A stretch of 64,000 nt of DNA from Desulfobacteraceae bacterium UBA5616 (GTDB lineage Bacteria > Desulfobacterota > Desulfobacteria > Desulfobacterales > UBA5616): positions 33,367 to 97,366 of the forward strand of contig DIKO01000092.1 of NCBI GenBank assembly GCA_002423615.1, written 5' to 3'. Below, piece after piece: positions 9,182 through 19,559 of this stretch (position 1 is the stretch's first letter; each line of letters starts with the position of its first letter). Under the pieces are notes generated by a model. It saw only the letters and a program-made list of their open reading frames with translations. It was not told the DNA's origin and searched no databases. The translations under genes were made by a program, and so were the position numbers.

Positions 9182-10677
9182 GTCCGTCTCCGGTGAGAAA
9201 ATTTTGCATGTATTTGCGAACAGATCGCTACAACGGTTTTTTCAAGCATGGTTTTTGGATCGGTCCCGGATGTTTTCAACATGCGGTCCGCCCTGCCAAG
9301 AAGCTCCATGGCGTCTGTCAGTTCCCTGATGGAAAAAAGAGCCGATTTCAGCATCAATTGATAAATGGGGTAGGCATTTTGAGGATTTTTGGCCATAAGA
9401 ATGTCGGATGATATGGATTTTTCACTTTTTCTGGATTTTTTAGGTTTCCCATCCTTCGGGGACTCGTCTTCCGGGTTCAAAAGCTTATCCCAGCGGGCCA
9501 ATTCTTCAAGTAACAACTTATCCCGGTCTACCAGCAGGGGAATGATTTTCGACTTGAATTCGTTAAAGGAAATATTGGAACGCCAGGTTGAGGAGTCCAG
9601 GTTTTCAATGAATTCACGGCACAACAGAAGTTTTCGCACCTGGTTGACCATGGCCGCAATGATTTGTAACGGGTGGAGATCGGCTGACAAGAGAGATTCA
9701 ACATAAAAAAGCGATTTTTCAGGATTCCGATCCGAAAGGGCGTTGGTCAGTTCAAATATGGGATCTATTTTGGTACGGTCGAGCACAGAAGCCACATCTT
9801 GTTCCCTTATCCGGCTTCCGGCACCCACAAAATCCACCAGCTTTTCAATATTTCCGGTAAAAGTCCGGAGATCGAAGCCTGTTTTGGCGACGAGGGCCTC
9901 ATATGCAGCGGGTTCCATGGTCTTGCCGTGTCGTGACAGAATTTTGCGCAGGTTTTCCGTTAAAACGGCATTTTGCTGATCCGTATCGGCCTTGCGTTGG
10001 CCTTTGGGCACTGAGCAGTCGACAATCAACCCGATTTCCCGGATGGTTTTATAGAGAAGCCGTCTTTTATCCACCAGTTCGGTTGTGATGATCAGACGGT
10101 TTTTTCCCGGAAAACCCTTTTCAATCGCCTTTGCGAGACGTTCTCCATAATCGCCCGAAGAAGATACGGTATACCGGTTCGACACACAATGATCGATAAC
10201 AGCCCTGATCCATTCATTATCATCTAAATCTGAAAGATCCGGGATTAAAAGTCCGTCTCGATTTCCCTGCGACAGATCTTCCGGTTTAAGATTCAATAGG
10301 TCGAGATAATTTAGAAAATATCTTGCAGACCCATCAATATTTTCTTCATCATAGGCCTGCCTGGCCTTCTGCAACAGCAGGTCACCATCCTGTTTTGAAT
10401 AAAAAATTCGGGAATCCTGTATGATTACTATTTTTTCATCAGAAAAAAGGGAAAAGGTGGAAATCGCTTCGAGGGCAAGGGGAACATTGTCGTTGGACCC
10501 ATCAAAAATCTCATGATTCAGGCCGGATCTGGCCTCAGGAACCTGAGTTCCACACAAGGTTTTAAACGCCGTTTTATAGAGAAATTCCTCTCCATAAAGC
10601 AGCGCCACCGGAGGAAAGCCGTTCTCCCCTGTTTCCTTTAAAAATTTTTCCAGATCCTGGTAGTTAATTTCTGGCAT
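9178..10677 (-). CDS. holA: DNA polymerase III delta subunit-like protein, unusually long
   Basis: N-terminus PVALLYGEEFLYK...FSDEKIVIIQD and C-terminal helical blocks (IFELTNALSDRN..., LHPLQIIAAMVNQVRKLL, NAYPIYQLMLKSALFS..L..A...L..AD..LK) follow the HolA pattern. At 499 aa it is about 150 aa longer than typical HolA. Confidence 0.55.
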   Translation of the reverse strand: MPEINYQDLEKFLKETGENGFPPVALLYGEEFLYKTAFKTLCGTQVPEARSGLNHEIFDGSNDNVPLALEAISTFSLFSDEKIVIIQDSRIFYSKQDGDLLLQKARQAYDEENIDGSARYFLNYLDLLNLKPEDLSQGNRDGLLIPDLSDLDDNEWIRAVIDHCVSNRYTVSSSGDYGERLAKAIEKGFPGKNRLIITTELVDKRRLLYKTIREIGLIVDCSVPKGQRKADTDQQNAVLTENLRKILSRHGKTMEPAAYEALVAKTGFDLRTFTGNIEKLVDFVGAGSRIREQDVASVLDRTKIDPIFELTNALSDRNPEKSLFYVESLLSADLHPLQIIAAMVNQVRKLLLCREFIENLDSSTWRSNISFNEFKSKIIPLLVDRDKLLLEELARWDKLLNPEDESPKDGKPKKSRKSEKSISSDILMAKNPQNAYPIYQLMLKSALFSIRELTDAMELLGRADRMLKTSGTDPKTMLEKTVVAICSQIHAKFSHRRRT

Positions 10678-11431
10678 ATTTACGGTGAAGAAAAGCGAGC
10701 ATGCAAATTCCGGAAATGGCCATAAAAGCGCCGATCACCTGGGATATGGAAAAAAGGCCGAAAAATACATGGCCCCTGAAGTCGTCCCGGAAAATTTCCA
10801 CAATGATCCGGGCGATCCCATAAAGCGGCACATAGGTCCAGAATATCTGACCTGAAAACCGCTTGTTTTTTCTTAAACGCCACAAAAGGAAAAAGATGAT
10901 CAGGTTTGCGAATGCATCATAAAGCTGGGTAGGATGAAGCAGGACTCCTACGGGCGCAAGGGAATCAGGGTCGCGAAATGTCACCGCCCAGGGAAGGTCG
11001 CATTTTTTTCCAAAACAGCACCCGGCGGAAAAACACCCCAATCTTCCGAAAAATTGGCCAAGAGCAACGGAAGGGGCGAAAATATCGGTAGTTTCCCAGA
11101 CAGGCAATCCTTTTAGCTTCATGCAGATGAGAGCCGTCGCAACCGCGAATATAAATCCGCCGTAGAATACGAGGCCACCGTTCCAGATCTTGAAAATTTC
11201 CAGGGGATGGGCCAGGTAAAGGTCCGGAGTCGTGATCACGTAAAAAAGCCGGGACCCCACAATTGCCGCGATGATAATATAAAAGGAAAGATCCATAATG
11301 GCGTCCGGATCAATCCCGACTCGAAGGGCCTCCCTTTTGGCAAGAAGAATGCCGACGATAAATCCCACGGCGATGAGAAATCCGTAAGTATATACGGTCA
11401 GACTTCCGAAGTGGAATAAAACAGGATGCAT
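10664..11431 (-). CDS. lgt: Prolipoprotein diacylglyceryl transferase
   Basis: 255 aa polytopic protein. YGFLIAVGF, WNGGLVFYGG, GRLGCFSAGCCFGK, HPTQLYDA are Lgt blocks. Confidence 0.9.
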   Translation of the reverse strand: MHPVLFHFGSLTVYTYGFLIAVGFIVGILLAKREALRVGIDPDAIMDLSFYIIIAAIVGSRLFYVITTPDLYLAHPLEIFKIWNGGLVFYGGFIFAVATALICMKLKGLPVWETTDIFAPSVALGQFFGRLGCFSAGCCFGKKCDLPWAVTFRDPDSLAPVGVLLHPTQLYDAFANLIIFFLLWRLRKNKRFSGQIFWTYVPLYGIARIIVEIFRDDFRGHVFFGLFSISQVIGAFMAISGICMLAFLHRKYARN

Positions 11432-11961
11432 CAGGATTTCATCCTTTTTTCCGAAGGCTCGTCAAGACGATGAAAAACATCCGGCTTTTTGAAAATCAGA
11501 TGATAAATAAAGATGACAATACCGATGGAAATGGCGCTGTCGGCGATATTAAACATCGGCCAATGAAGATCGCCGACATAAATGTCGATAAAATCGACCA
11601 CCTGGCCGAAGCGAACCCGATCAATGAAGTTCCCCACCGCGCCGCCTAATATCAGGGCGAAACCCGTCAGCATGGTGCGGTATCGGCTTGATGTCTGGTT
11701 ATAAAAATAAAACAACACGCAAACCGCAACAAGGGATGCACACATCAGTACAAGCTGTTGAATATTCGACTTGTTCTGTGAAAAAAGCCCAAAGGCAACG
11801 CCTGGATTTTCGACATGCGAAATATCGAGGAAACCCGGAATAAGGGAAAAAGCCTCATGAAGCTTCAGATGTTCCAGTATCAGGTATTTGGATGCCTGAT
11901 CCAGGACGATTACCAAAGCGGCGATCACCAAAAGTGCCGTATACTTTTGTCTGATGGTCAT
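11431..11961 (-). CDS. lspA: Lipoprotein signal peptidase II
   Basis: 176 aa. NPGVAFG, GGAVGNFIDR, VVDFIDI and FNIADSAI are LspA catalytic Asp blocks. It sits directly downstream of ileS, the conserved ileS-lspA arrangement. Confidence 0.9.
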   Translation of the reverse strand: MTIRQKYTALLVIAALVIVLDQASKYLILEHLKLHEAFSLIPGFLDISHVENPGVAFGLFSQNKSNIQQLVLMCASLVAVCVLFYFYNQTSSRYRTMLTGFALILGGAVGNFIDRVRFGQVVDFIDIYVGDLHWPMFNIADSAISIGIVIFIYHLIFKKPDVFHRLDEPSEKRMKS

Positions 11962-11986
11962 GGTTCACTATTTTTCCGGAAAGGGT

Positions 11987-14794
11987 TCATGGAACCTGCC
12001 CGATGATGGATAGGGACTTTTTACATCGACTGCACAAGGTTGGCTGTTCCGGATCAATACCCACTGAAAGGTCATGAATCCAGCATCTCTCGCATTTTTC
12101 CCCCTCAGCCCGCGAAACGCGGACATGCAATCCCTCGATGGCCGTTGGGCTGAAATCATCGGTTCGTTGTTCCCCCCTGATGAGAGAAACATTGGAAACG
12201 ATAAAAATCGTATTCAAATCCCCGGCGTAGGGGGTCAGTTGTTCGAACAAGGGTTCCTCCGCCGCCAGCGTAACCCCGGCATCCAGGGAGTGGCCAAACA
12301 TTTTCCGGACCCTGGCCGCTTCAAGGACCTTGGTTATTTCGCCTCGAACCATCACCAAGCGGTCCCACTTTTCCTCAACCTCCCTGTTTTGCCACTGGTC
12401 TTCAATGAGGGGCATGTTCATCAGATGAACACTGGGCGCCTTTTTATCCGTTTCCGGCATATGTCGCCATATTTCCTCTGCGGTAAAGCAAAGAATGGGC
12501 GCCATGATTTTCGCCAGGGCATCCACAATCCGGTTCATAGTCGTCTGGGCGCTTCTTCTTTCCGGAGAACCGGGAGGAGATGTATAAAGCCTGTCCTTGA
12601 TGATGTCCAGGTAAAATGCGGACAGATCCAGGGTGCAGTAGTTATGCAGGGCATGATAAATCACATGGAAATCATAATTTTCATAGGCGAATTGTGCTTT
12701 TCGGATGATTTTCAACAACTTGCAAAGAGCGTAGTGGTCGATTTCCATCAGGGACGCATAGGCCACGGTATCGGTTTCAGGATTAAAATCATTCAGATTC
12801 CCCAGCATGAACCTGCAGGTGTTCCGAATGCGACGGTAGGCATCGGAAAGTTGCTGCAAAATATTGTCCGATATCCTGATGTCATCCCGATAGTCCGAGG
12901 CCGATACCCAGAGTCGCAGGATTTCCGCCCCATGTTTTTGAATCACTTTATCCGGTTCAATGGTATTGCCAACGGATTTGGACATTTTTTTCCCTTCGGC
13001 ATCCACAACAAACCCGTGGGTCAAAACCGATTTGTACGGCGCGGCACCCCGGGTTCCGACGGCTGTTAAAAGGGAGCTGTGGAACCATCCCCGATGCTGA
13101 TCGCTGCCTTCAAGATAGAGATCCGCCGGCCATTTCAAATAATCCCGTTCTTCGAGTACCGCAGCATGGCTGACCCCGCTGTCAAACCAGACGTCAAGGA
13201 TGTCCGTTTCCTTGGAAAATTCACCGTTTCCGCATTCGGAACAGGCGTATCCCGGCGGCAGAAGTTCTTTTACCTCTTTTTCAAACCATGCGTCGGCCCC
13301 TTCTTTTTCAAAGAGACCGCAGACATGATCGACAATTTCCTTATTGACGAGTACGGTTCCGCAGCTTGTACAGGTGAACAGTGCTATGGGAACGCCCCAG
13401 GCCCGCTGCCGGGAAACGCACCAGTCCGGACGATTTTCAATCATCCCGTAAATCCGTTCTCTTCCCCAGTGCGGGACCCATTTCACCTTATCAATTTCAG
13501 CCAGGGCTTTTTTTCTCAGACCTGTTTTCTCCATGGAAATGAACCACTGAGGGGTTGCTCTGAAAATAACGGGTTTTTTACACCGCCAGCAATGGGGATA
13601 GGAGTGGGAAATGAACTCATGGCCCAGAAGCGCATTCTCTTCCTTCAATTTTGCTGTAATGCTTTCATTGGCCTTGAACACGAACTGCCCGCTGAAATAT
13701 TTAACATCCTCGGTAAAACATCCATTGTCGTTCACCGGAGAGTAAACGTCCAGGCCGTACTTCAGGCCGACTTCATGGTCCTCCCGGCCGTGACCCGGGG
13801 CCGTGTGAACGCAGCCGGTCCCCGCATCCAGGGTAACGTGGTCTCCCAGGATCAGCAAAGAGTCTCTTCCATAAAGGGGGTGGATACAAATTTTTCCCTC
13901 AAGTTCGGATGCCTTGACATCGGCGATCCTTTTAAATGTTTCCATTCCAAAGGATTTCATGCAGGGTTCCACAAGCTCGCTGGCCAGAATCAAGACTTCC
14001 CCTGTGGAAGTTTCTACGGCGGTATAGTCAAAGTCCGGGTGCAGTGCCACCGCCAGGTTTGCCGGTATGGTCCAGGGCGTGGTGGTCCAGATCACGACGT
14101 AAACCTTTTTACCGGTCAGTTCGGGAAAGCTTTCACCCAAATCACTTTTCAGCGGAAATTTTACGAAAATGGAGGGGGACTTTTCGTCCTGATATTCGAT
14201 CTCCGCTTCAGCCAGCGCGGTCTTGCAGTGACAGCACCAGTAAATAGGCTTTTTGCTCTTAAACAGACTGCCGTTCATGGCGAATTTGGCGCATTCCCTG
14301 GCTATGACGGCCTCGTATTTGTAGTTCATGGTCAGGTAGGGATTGTCCCATTCTCCCATTACGCCCAGGCGCTTGAATTCCTCCCGCTGAATATCGATGT
14401 ATTTTTCAGCGTAGCTTCTGCACTTTTTCCGAATATCCACGAGGGAAAGATCGCGCTTCCGATCTCCGAGCATTTTATCGACGTTGTGCTCGATGGGAAG
14501 CCCGTGACAATCCCACCCGGGAACATACACCGCATTAAATCCCGCCATTTGGCGCGACCGAACGATGATGTCCTTTAATATCTTGTTTAAGGCCGTACCA
14601 ATATGGATATTGCCGTTGGCATAAGGAGGTCCGTCATGAAGGATGAACAGATCGCGATCGGCTGATGCCTTCCGGATGAGCTCGTATAAGTGGATTCCCT
14701 CCCAATTCTTCAACTGCTCCGGCTCCCTGTGGGCGAGGTTGGCTTTCATGGGGAATTGGGTTTCGGGAAGGTTTAGCGTTTTCTTAAAATCCAT
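11987..14794 (-). CDS. ileS: Isoleucyl-tRNA synthetase
   Basis: [16 protein letters not shown] (HIGH), KMSKSVGN (KMSKS), CP1 editing domain and C-terminal zinc-finger CxxC pairs. The start was moved to [20 protein letters not shown], since the 17 upstream residues in the track ORF are not IleS-like. Confidence 0.93.
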   Translation of the reverse strand: MDFKKTLNLPETQFPMKANLAHREPEQLKNWEGIHLYELIRKASADRDLFILHDGPPYANGNIHIGTALNKILKDIIVRSRQMAGFNAVYVPGWDCHGLPIEHNVDKMLGDRKRDLSLVDIRKKCRSYAEKYIDIQREEFKRLGVMGEWDNPYLTMNYKYEAVIARECAKFAMNGSLFKSKKPIYWCCHCKTALAEAEIEYQDEKSPSIFVKFPLKSDLGESFPELTGKKVYVVIWTTTPWTIPANLAVALHPDFDYTAVETSTGEVLILASELVEPCMKSFGMETFKRIADVKASELEGKICIHPLYGRDSLLILGDHVTLDAGTGCVHTAPGHGREDHEVGLKYGLDVYSPVNDNGCFTEDVKYFSGQFVFKANESITAKLKEENALLGHEFISHSYPHCWRCKKPVIFRATPQWFISMEKTGLRKKALAEIDKVKWVPHWGRERIYGMIENRPDWCVSRQRAWGVPIALFTCTSCGTVLVNKEIVDHVCGLFEKEGADAWFEKEVKELLPPGYACSECGNGEFSKETDILDVWFDSGVSHAAVLEERDYLKWPADLYLEGSDQHRGWFHSSLLTAVGTRGAAPYKSVLTHGFVVDAEGKKMSKSVGNTIEPDKVIQKHGAEILRLWVSASDYRDDIRISDNILQQLSDAYRRIRNTCRFMLGNLNDFNPETDTVAYASLMEIDHYALCKLLKIIRKAQFAYENYDFHVIYHALHNYCTLDLSAFYLDIIKDRLYTSPPGSPERRSAQTTMNRIVDALAKIMAPILCFTAEEIWRHMPETDKKAPSVHLMNMPLIEDQWQNREVEEKWDRLVMVRGEITKVLEAARVRKMFGHSLDAGVTLAAEEPLFEQLTPYAGDLNTIFIVSNVSLIRGEQRTDDFSPTAIEGLHVRVSRAEGEKCERCWIHDLSVGIDPEQPTLCSRCKKSLSIIGQVP

Positions 14795-14857
14795 TGAATC
14801 CTCCGTAACGATGAATAGTAATTTAAATAGGTAACCTACGATCAAACAGGAAATGTG

Positions 14858-15769
14858 TCAAGGAATTTGATCGGCATTGAATTCCCCGAGAAGCTTGCGA
14901 ACAACCCGGGACAGGCTGATTTCAAAAGGTTGTGTCTCAACCCCGAACGCCTTTCCGATCTTTGTGCAATCCAGGGCGGAAAACGAAGGTCTTCCGGCTT
15001 TTGCCGGGTATTCCGCAGTTGTTATCGGCTCTAATCCAGGTGATTTTCTCCGCCCTTCCCTTGCGACGATATCGAGGATTTCTCCAGCAAATTGAAACCA
15101 GCTCACAATGCCCCGGCCGCAATAATGATAGGTGCCCCAGGTATCGTCGTTATACGCATCCTTCCGGAGAACCATGCGCAAGATGGCGCCGGCAAGATCT
15201 TCGGCGGATGTGGGGCACCCGAACTGGTCGTTCACCACTTTTAACGGATGATTTTTCATAGCGAGGGCAAGAATGGTTTTGACGAAATTCCGGCCCCGTG
15301 TACCATAAAGCCAGGATGTCCGGATGATGAGATGTTCCTTCAGGCGCTTTCTGATTTCCTTTTCACCCAATTCTTTACTTTTACCATAAACGCTCAACGG
15401 ATGAACCGGATCCGTCTCCAGATACGGTTCGGTTTTTAGGCCATCGAAAACAAAGTCCGTGGACAGATGTATCATCGCTGCGTGATGATTGCGACACCAG
15501 TCGGCGATGATGCCGGGACCACGGACATTTGCGGAATATGCTGCCGAGGGTTCGGACTCCGCATCATCGACTCTGGCATAGGCCGCACAATTAATCACGA
15601 GATTCGGAGCCTGCCGGGCAAAACACCGGTCGACTTCAACTTCGTCGGTGATATCCAATTCCCCATGGGAAAACCCGGACACCCTCAAGCCCGATCTCTC
15701 AAGTTGATTCAAAAGTTCTCCACCCAGCTGGCCTGTTGCGCCGGTAAGTAAAATTTTCGTCTCCCGCAT
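14858..15769 (-). CDS. rfbD: dTDP-4-dehydrorhamnose reductase
   Basis: 303 aa. ILLTGATGQLG, INCAAYARVDDAE, STDFVFDG and YGKSKELGE (YxxxK) give the RmlD pattern. Confidence 0.85.
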   Translation of the reverse strand: MRETKILLTGATGQLGGELLNQLERSGLRVSGFSHGELDITDEVEVDRCFARQAPNLVINCAAYARVDDAESEPSAAYSANVRGPGIIADWCRNHHAAMIHLSTDFVFDGLKTEPYLETDPVHPLSVYGKSKELGEKEIRKRLKEHLIIRTSWLYGTRGRNFVKTILALAMKNHPLKVVNDQFGCPTSAEDLAGAILRMVLRKDAYNDDTWGTYHYCGRGIVSWFQFAGEILDIVAREGRRKSPGLEPITTAEYPAKAGRPSFSALDCTKIGKAFGVETQPFEISLSRVVRKLLGEFNADQIP

Positions 15770-16132
15770 ATTCCCTCGTAAAAAATCTTAAATTGCTAAT
15801 AATTGAATACGTTGCATGAACTTATAAGTCAGCCTTCATCATTGATTGAATATCGCTTTTTCAACGACTTCCCTCTGACAACTCATCCTGTCGGGGATGC
15901 AAGCTCTATGGATGGGTCTTCAATTTGATAATAATTTCAAATTATAATATTGACTTGGATCCATAGGTAATGATAAGAAAAAATATGAACAAGGCCGGTC
16001 AAGTAAAATTCAAACGCCTCATCCGGGACCTTAATAAAACAATGCCGCTTTTAAATTGTCTCCATCTCGAGGGAATATTTCTTTTTGAATAAATTTTCGC
16101 TGAAAGAGTCCGGCCGGATATTCGGTTTATGC

Positions 16133-16174
16133 ATAAAAACACAAAAGGGAACGGTATGGGATTCCGAACCCTTT
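16133..16174 (-). terminator. Putative intrinsic terminator downstream of tRNA-Leu
   Basis: Minus strand reads AAAGGG-TT-CGG [AATCCCATA] CCG-TT-CCCTTT followed by TGTGTTTTT. The stem is interrupted by a 2x2 mismatch. Confidence 0.45.
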
Positions 16175-16181
16175 GCAATCA

Positions 16182-16269
16182 TGGTGCCTAGGGCGAGAAT
16201 CGAACTCGCACAGGGCTAAGCCCCGAGGGATTTTAAGTCCCTTGCGTCTACCAGTTCCGCCACCCAGGC
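16182..16269 (-). tRNA. tRNA-Leu (anticodon UAA), encoded CCA
   Basis: The reverse complement reads GCCTGGGTGGCGGAACTGGTAGACGCAAGGGACTTAAAATCCCTCGGGGCTTAGCCCTGTGCGAGTTCGATTCTCGCCCTAGGCACCA. It has a 7-bp acceptor stem (one G-U), anticodon loop CTTAAAA, a long variable arm (type II tRNA) and T-arm GCGAG/TTCGATT/CTCGC. Confidence 0.9.
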
Positions 16270-16442
16270 CCTTAAATTTGGGAGTCTCTCTAACTTAAAT
16301 TAAAAATAATTGCAAGGGAAATTGCGAATAGAGAATTCCTCCGGCCTTTTGGAATAGACGATGTCTGTATTTGATTGGATTGGGGAAAATAGTATAAATT
16401 CATTGTCTTTTAACAACCAACCACATTCAAAAGGGTTTTGCG

Positions 16443-16949
16443 ATGACAACACCAGTGCAGTCTCAAAAACGATACGACGATATTGCCCGCACCTTCGAAC
16501 TGATCGACACCCTTTCCGAGGATGGTAAAAAGGAATTGCTGAAAAAAATTTCAGCTTCCAAACTGAGCGAAATTTTACAGAAACTGGTTATTGAAATGCC
16601 GGACAACCAAAGAGCGGTTCTACTTGAAGACCTCAAGGAATTAAGCCTGGGAAAGAGAAATCACCCGAGAAAAGAATGCCAGATGACAACGGATTTCGTC
16701 CATAACGATCGTGCATATCGTAATTTTGTAAAAGATATCAGTGAAAGCGGCGCATTTATTCAAACCAAGGTAATATTTGAAATCGGTGAGGAGATCGTTC
16801 AGAGCTTTTCTCTCTCCGATAAGCAGATCCCCTTTAAATTCACGGGCGAGGTCGTCCGCAGCAACGAAAACGGTATCGGTATAAAATTCAAAAACCTCAG
16901 CAGCTATCAAAAAGACATCATTAAGTCCCTCCTGACCAATTTTGATTAG
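16443..16949 (+). CDS. PilZ domain protein (putative c-di-GMP receptor)
   Basis: 168 aa. The C-terminal half carries RNHPR (RxxxR) followed by DISESGAFI (DxSxxG), the two PilZ binding motifs. The N-terminal ~70 aa is helical with unknown function. Confidence 0.65.
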   Translation: MTTPVQSQKRYDDIARTFELIDTLSEDGKKELLKKISASKLSEILQKLVIEMPDNQRAVLLEDLKELSLGKRNHPRKECQMTTDFVHNDRAYRNFVKDISESGAFIQTKVIFEIGEEIVQSFSLSDKQIPFKFTGEVVRSNENGIGIKFKNLSSYQKDIIKSLLTNFD

Positions 16950-17004
16950 GCAAGGTTATTCAACAAAATACCGCGTTTCCCGGGGCAATATAATTTAACA
17001 TGAT

Positions 17005-18432
17005 TTAATTCATTGTCTTATATTCGCTGTAATCCAAAAGCCGTTTCATCACCCCGGCGGCAATTTCAAAGGATGGAAAAACTGCGGTCTTGTGAGCCAC
17101 CAGGGTTTCCTCTACTTCCCTTCTCAGCGCGAAGAGCTGGGCATCGCCGAATGTTTCGAGAATCAGGTAGATTGGTTTTTCCAGCCACTCCTGTAATTTG
17201 GTCATGATGCGGACAAAATAATTCACCCCGACGCGTCCGGCATCCCTGTAGATAAAGCCCAGATGAAGCGCAAAAAACAAGGCGTCGATATGGGGATCTT
17301 CTTTCAAAAGTTCCATGAGTTTCTGGAAATTTTCCCTGCTTCTCAAGTGGGGTAAAATATCCAGCGGATTTCTGACGCTGCTTCCTTCCAAAGGAATGAC
17401 TTCCTGAAGTTTGGCAATGGATTTTTCCGACAGGTGCGGCACATGAAGCCCTGCTTTCTCGGCATGGTCCGTCATGGTAACCCCTCCTCCGCCTGCCCCT
17501 CCGAGCACTGCGATATTCGATCCCCTGGGAAGGGAGAGCCGTTTAACGGCGGAAATCGTGTAAATCATTTCTTCCATGGAATTGACCGGGATAATACCCG
17601 CCTGGCGGCACATGGACTGCCAGACATGAAAAGACCCTGCCATGGCCGCGGTGTGGGATTGGGTGGCCCTTGCGCCTCCTTCGGTCTGGCCTCCTTTCCA
17701 AACAACCAGAGGCTTAAGTGCGGATATTTTTTTTGCAGCGTCAAAGAATGCCCTGCCCTCGGTCAATCCTTCAAGGTAGGCAACGATGATTTCGATTTTA
17801 GGGTCTTCGGCCATGTAATTCAGATAATCATGGGCTTTTAGATCGCTGGCGTTTCCGAAGCTCACCACCTTGCTGAAAAACAACCCCTCTGAAGCACCCG
17901 ATGCAACCGACATCGTGGCCAGTTGGCCGCTTTGGGAAAACATGCCGATTTTGCCGATTTTATCGGGCATCTCGCTGTTCCAGGACAGTCCCCCTTCCGG
18001 ACAATACAGGCCCATACAATTCGGGCCGACGATCCGGATGCCGGCCATGCGGGCTTTTTCAACCAGTTTTTTTTCAACCTCCGCATCGGATGCTCTGCCG
18101 GTTTCGGTGAATCCGGCCGTAAGCAGATGGACGAATTTGACTTTTTTTTCCGCACAGGCGTCCATTACATCCAGGACCGCTGAAGCCGGCACGCAAAAAA
18201 TGACCAGATCGATGTCTCCGCGAATATCGCGGATCGTCCGATAGCATTTGTAACCGAGGATGTAATCCGCCGAGGGATGGACGGGGAAGATTTTTCCGTG
18301 AAAACTCTGTTTGATGCAGCCGTTGATGTAAGCGTTGCCGCTGGACCATACAAACCCGCGTTTCGTAGAAGACCCGACGACGGCTATGGACCTGGGATAA
18401 AACAAGTTATGTAAATCAGGCGCTGAAGTCAT
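17005..18432 (-). CDS. ADP-forming acyl-CoA synthetase alpha-type subunit (CoA-binding plus CoA-ligase flavodoxin domains)
   Basis: 475 aa. LFYPRSIAVVGSS CoA-binding N-terminus, RIVGPNCMG, FSQSGQL, and GGARATQSHTAAMAGS containing the phosphohistidine-loop His. Confidence 0.8.
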   Translation of the reverse strand: MTSAPDLHNLFYPRSIAVVGSSTKRGFVWSSGNAYINGCIKQSFHGKIFPVHPSADYILGYKCYRTIRDIRGDIDLVIFCVPASAVLDVMDACAEKKVKFVHLLTAGFTETGRASDAEVEKKLVEKARMAGIRIVGPNCMGLYCPEGGLSWNSEMPDKIGKIGMFSQSGQLATMSVASGASEGLFFSKVVSFGNASDLKAHDYLNYMAEDPKIEIIVAYLEGLTEGRAFFDAAKKISALKPLVVWKGGQTEGGARATQSHTAAMAGSFHVWQSMCRQAGIIPVNSMEEMIYTISAVKRLSLPRGSNIAVLGGAGGGGVTMTDHAEKAGLHVPHLSEKSIAKLQEVIPLEGSSVRNPLDILPHLRSRENFQKLMELLKEDPHIDALFFALHLGFIYRDAGRVGVNYFVRIMTKLQEWLEKPIYLILETFGDAQLFALRREVEETLVAHKTAVFPSFEIAAGVMKRLLDYSEYKTMN

Positions 18433-18706
18433 GTATCGTTCCTTTTTTTATGCATCTGCATCCGTTGGAAAGGTAATTGTTCCGTTGTTGTTGAACGCAA
18501 TCGATCCGAAATCGACCAGTCGGTAACATTTGTTCACATTCATTAAATTGTCAATCATAAATAAGCTGCGGCGTATAACATTATTCGGCTGTATTTTGTT
18601 TATTTGCATTCAGTGTTCAAATATATTATTAAATATGTGTAACCTACGCCCTTTCAAACCCCGGCGATGATTTCGATTGATTCTGATAAATCAAGGAGGT
18701 ACGCTG

Positions 18707-19507
18707 ATGTCGTTCGAGGAAATTATTTTTGAAAAGAAAAACCACGTTGCTTACATTACGCTGAATCGCCCCCAGGCCCGGAATGCCCTGACCATGAACA
18801 CCTATCGGGAACTTGAAACGGCATTAATGGATATCGATGCGGACCATGAGGTCCGGGTTGTGGTCATTACAGGGGCTGGTAAGGGATTCTGTTCCGGCGA
18901 CGACGTCAAACAGGTCATGCTGGATCCGGACCGCATTCGGGAACGGGAGGTACATGCCAGGCAGCAGGTCAGGGCCAAACCCACTCCGGCGGCAGCCCTT
19001 CTGATGAACATCAACAGGCCGGTCATCGCTGCGGTCAACGGCCCGGCCGTGGGATGGGGCATGGATCTTGCCCTGATGTGCGACATCCGCATCGCATCGG
19101 AAAACGCTTTTTTCGGAGAGATCTTCGTTCTTCGGGGCCTTGTTCCCGATATCGGGGGAATCCTTTGCCTGCCGCGGATCGTCGGACCTTCCAAGGCTTA
19201 CGAACTATTGTTTACGGGAGATGTGATCAATGCGGCCCAGGCCCTGGAAATTGGGCTGGTCAGCCGTGTCGTTCCCCATGAGGAGCTTATGGCCGCCGCT
19301 TCGGCGCTGGCCGAAAAAATAGCCGCAAATCCGCCCCTTGCAGTCAGAAGGATAAAGGAAGGCGTCAGAAGGAGCCTGGGATACAATGTAGACGCCATTG
19401 GCGAGTACATTACTTCATCTCTTGGGGTGCTGTTCCAGACCGATGACCATAAGGAAGGTGCGACCGCATTTATTGAAAAACGGTCTCCCGTATTCAAAGG
19501 CAAATAA
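18707..19507 (+). CDS. Enoyl-CoA hydratase/isomerase family protein
   Basis: MSFEEIIFEKKNHVAYITLNRPQARNAL, VITGAGKGFCSGDD, AAVNGPAVGWGMDLALMCDIR, EGATAFIEKRSPVFKGK. The AGGAGG before the Met at 18707 supports this start over the track start at 18677. Confidence 0.85.
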   Translation: MSFEEIIFEKKNHVAYITLNRPQARNALTMNTYRELETALMDIDADHEVRVVVITGAGKGFCSGDDVKQVMLDPDRIREREVHARQQVRAKPTPAAALLMNINRPVIAAVNGPAVGWGMDLALMCDIRIASENAFFGEIFVLRGLVPDIGGILCLPRIVGPSKAYELLFTGDVINAAQALEIGLVSRVVPHEELMAAASALAEKIAANPPLAVRRIKEGVRRSLGYNVDAIGEYITSSLGVLFQTDDHKEGATAFIEKRSPVFKGK

Positions 19508-19559
19508 AAAAGAAAAATCCAGAAATGCGGATCCGGAAGGTAAGCGCTCCTGATCCGCA

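Noticed and set aside
12074-14578. Long plus-strand ORFs (331 and 499 aa) opposite ileS
   Set aside because: They are antisense shadows of a high-confidence IleRS gene. Their composition (G/R/P/H/F rich) and lack of motifs argue against coding.
15985-16092. 35-codon ORF (MNKAGQVKFKRLIRDLNKTMPLLNCLHLEGIFLFE) in the rfbD / tRNA-Leu intergenic region
   Set aside because: It has no Shine-Dalgarno sequence, sits in an AT-rich promoter-like context and has no recognisable features. Evidence for coding is insufficient.
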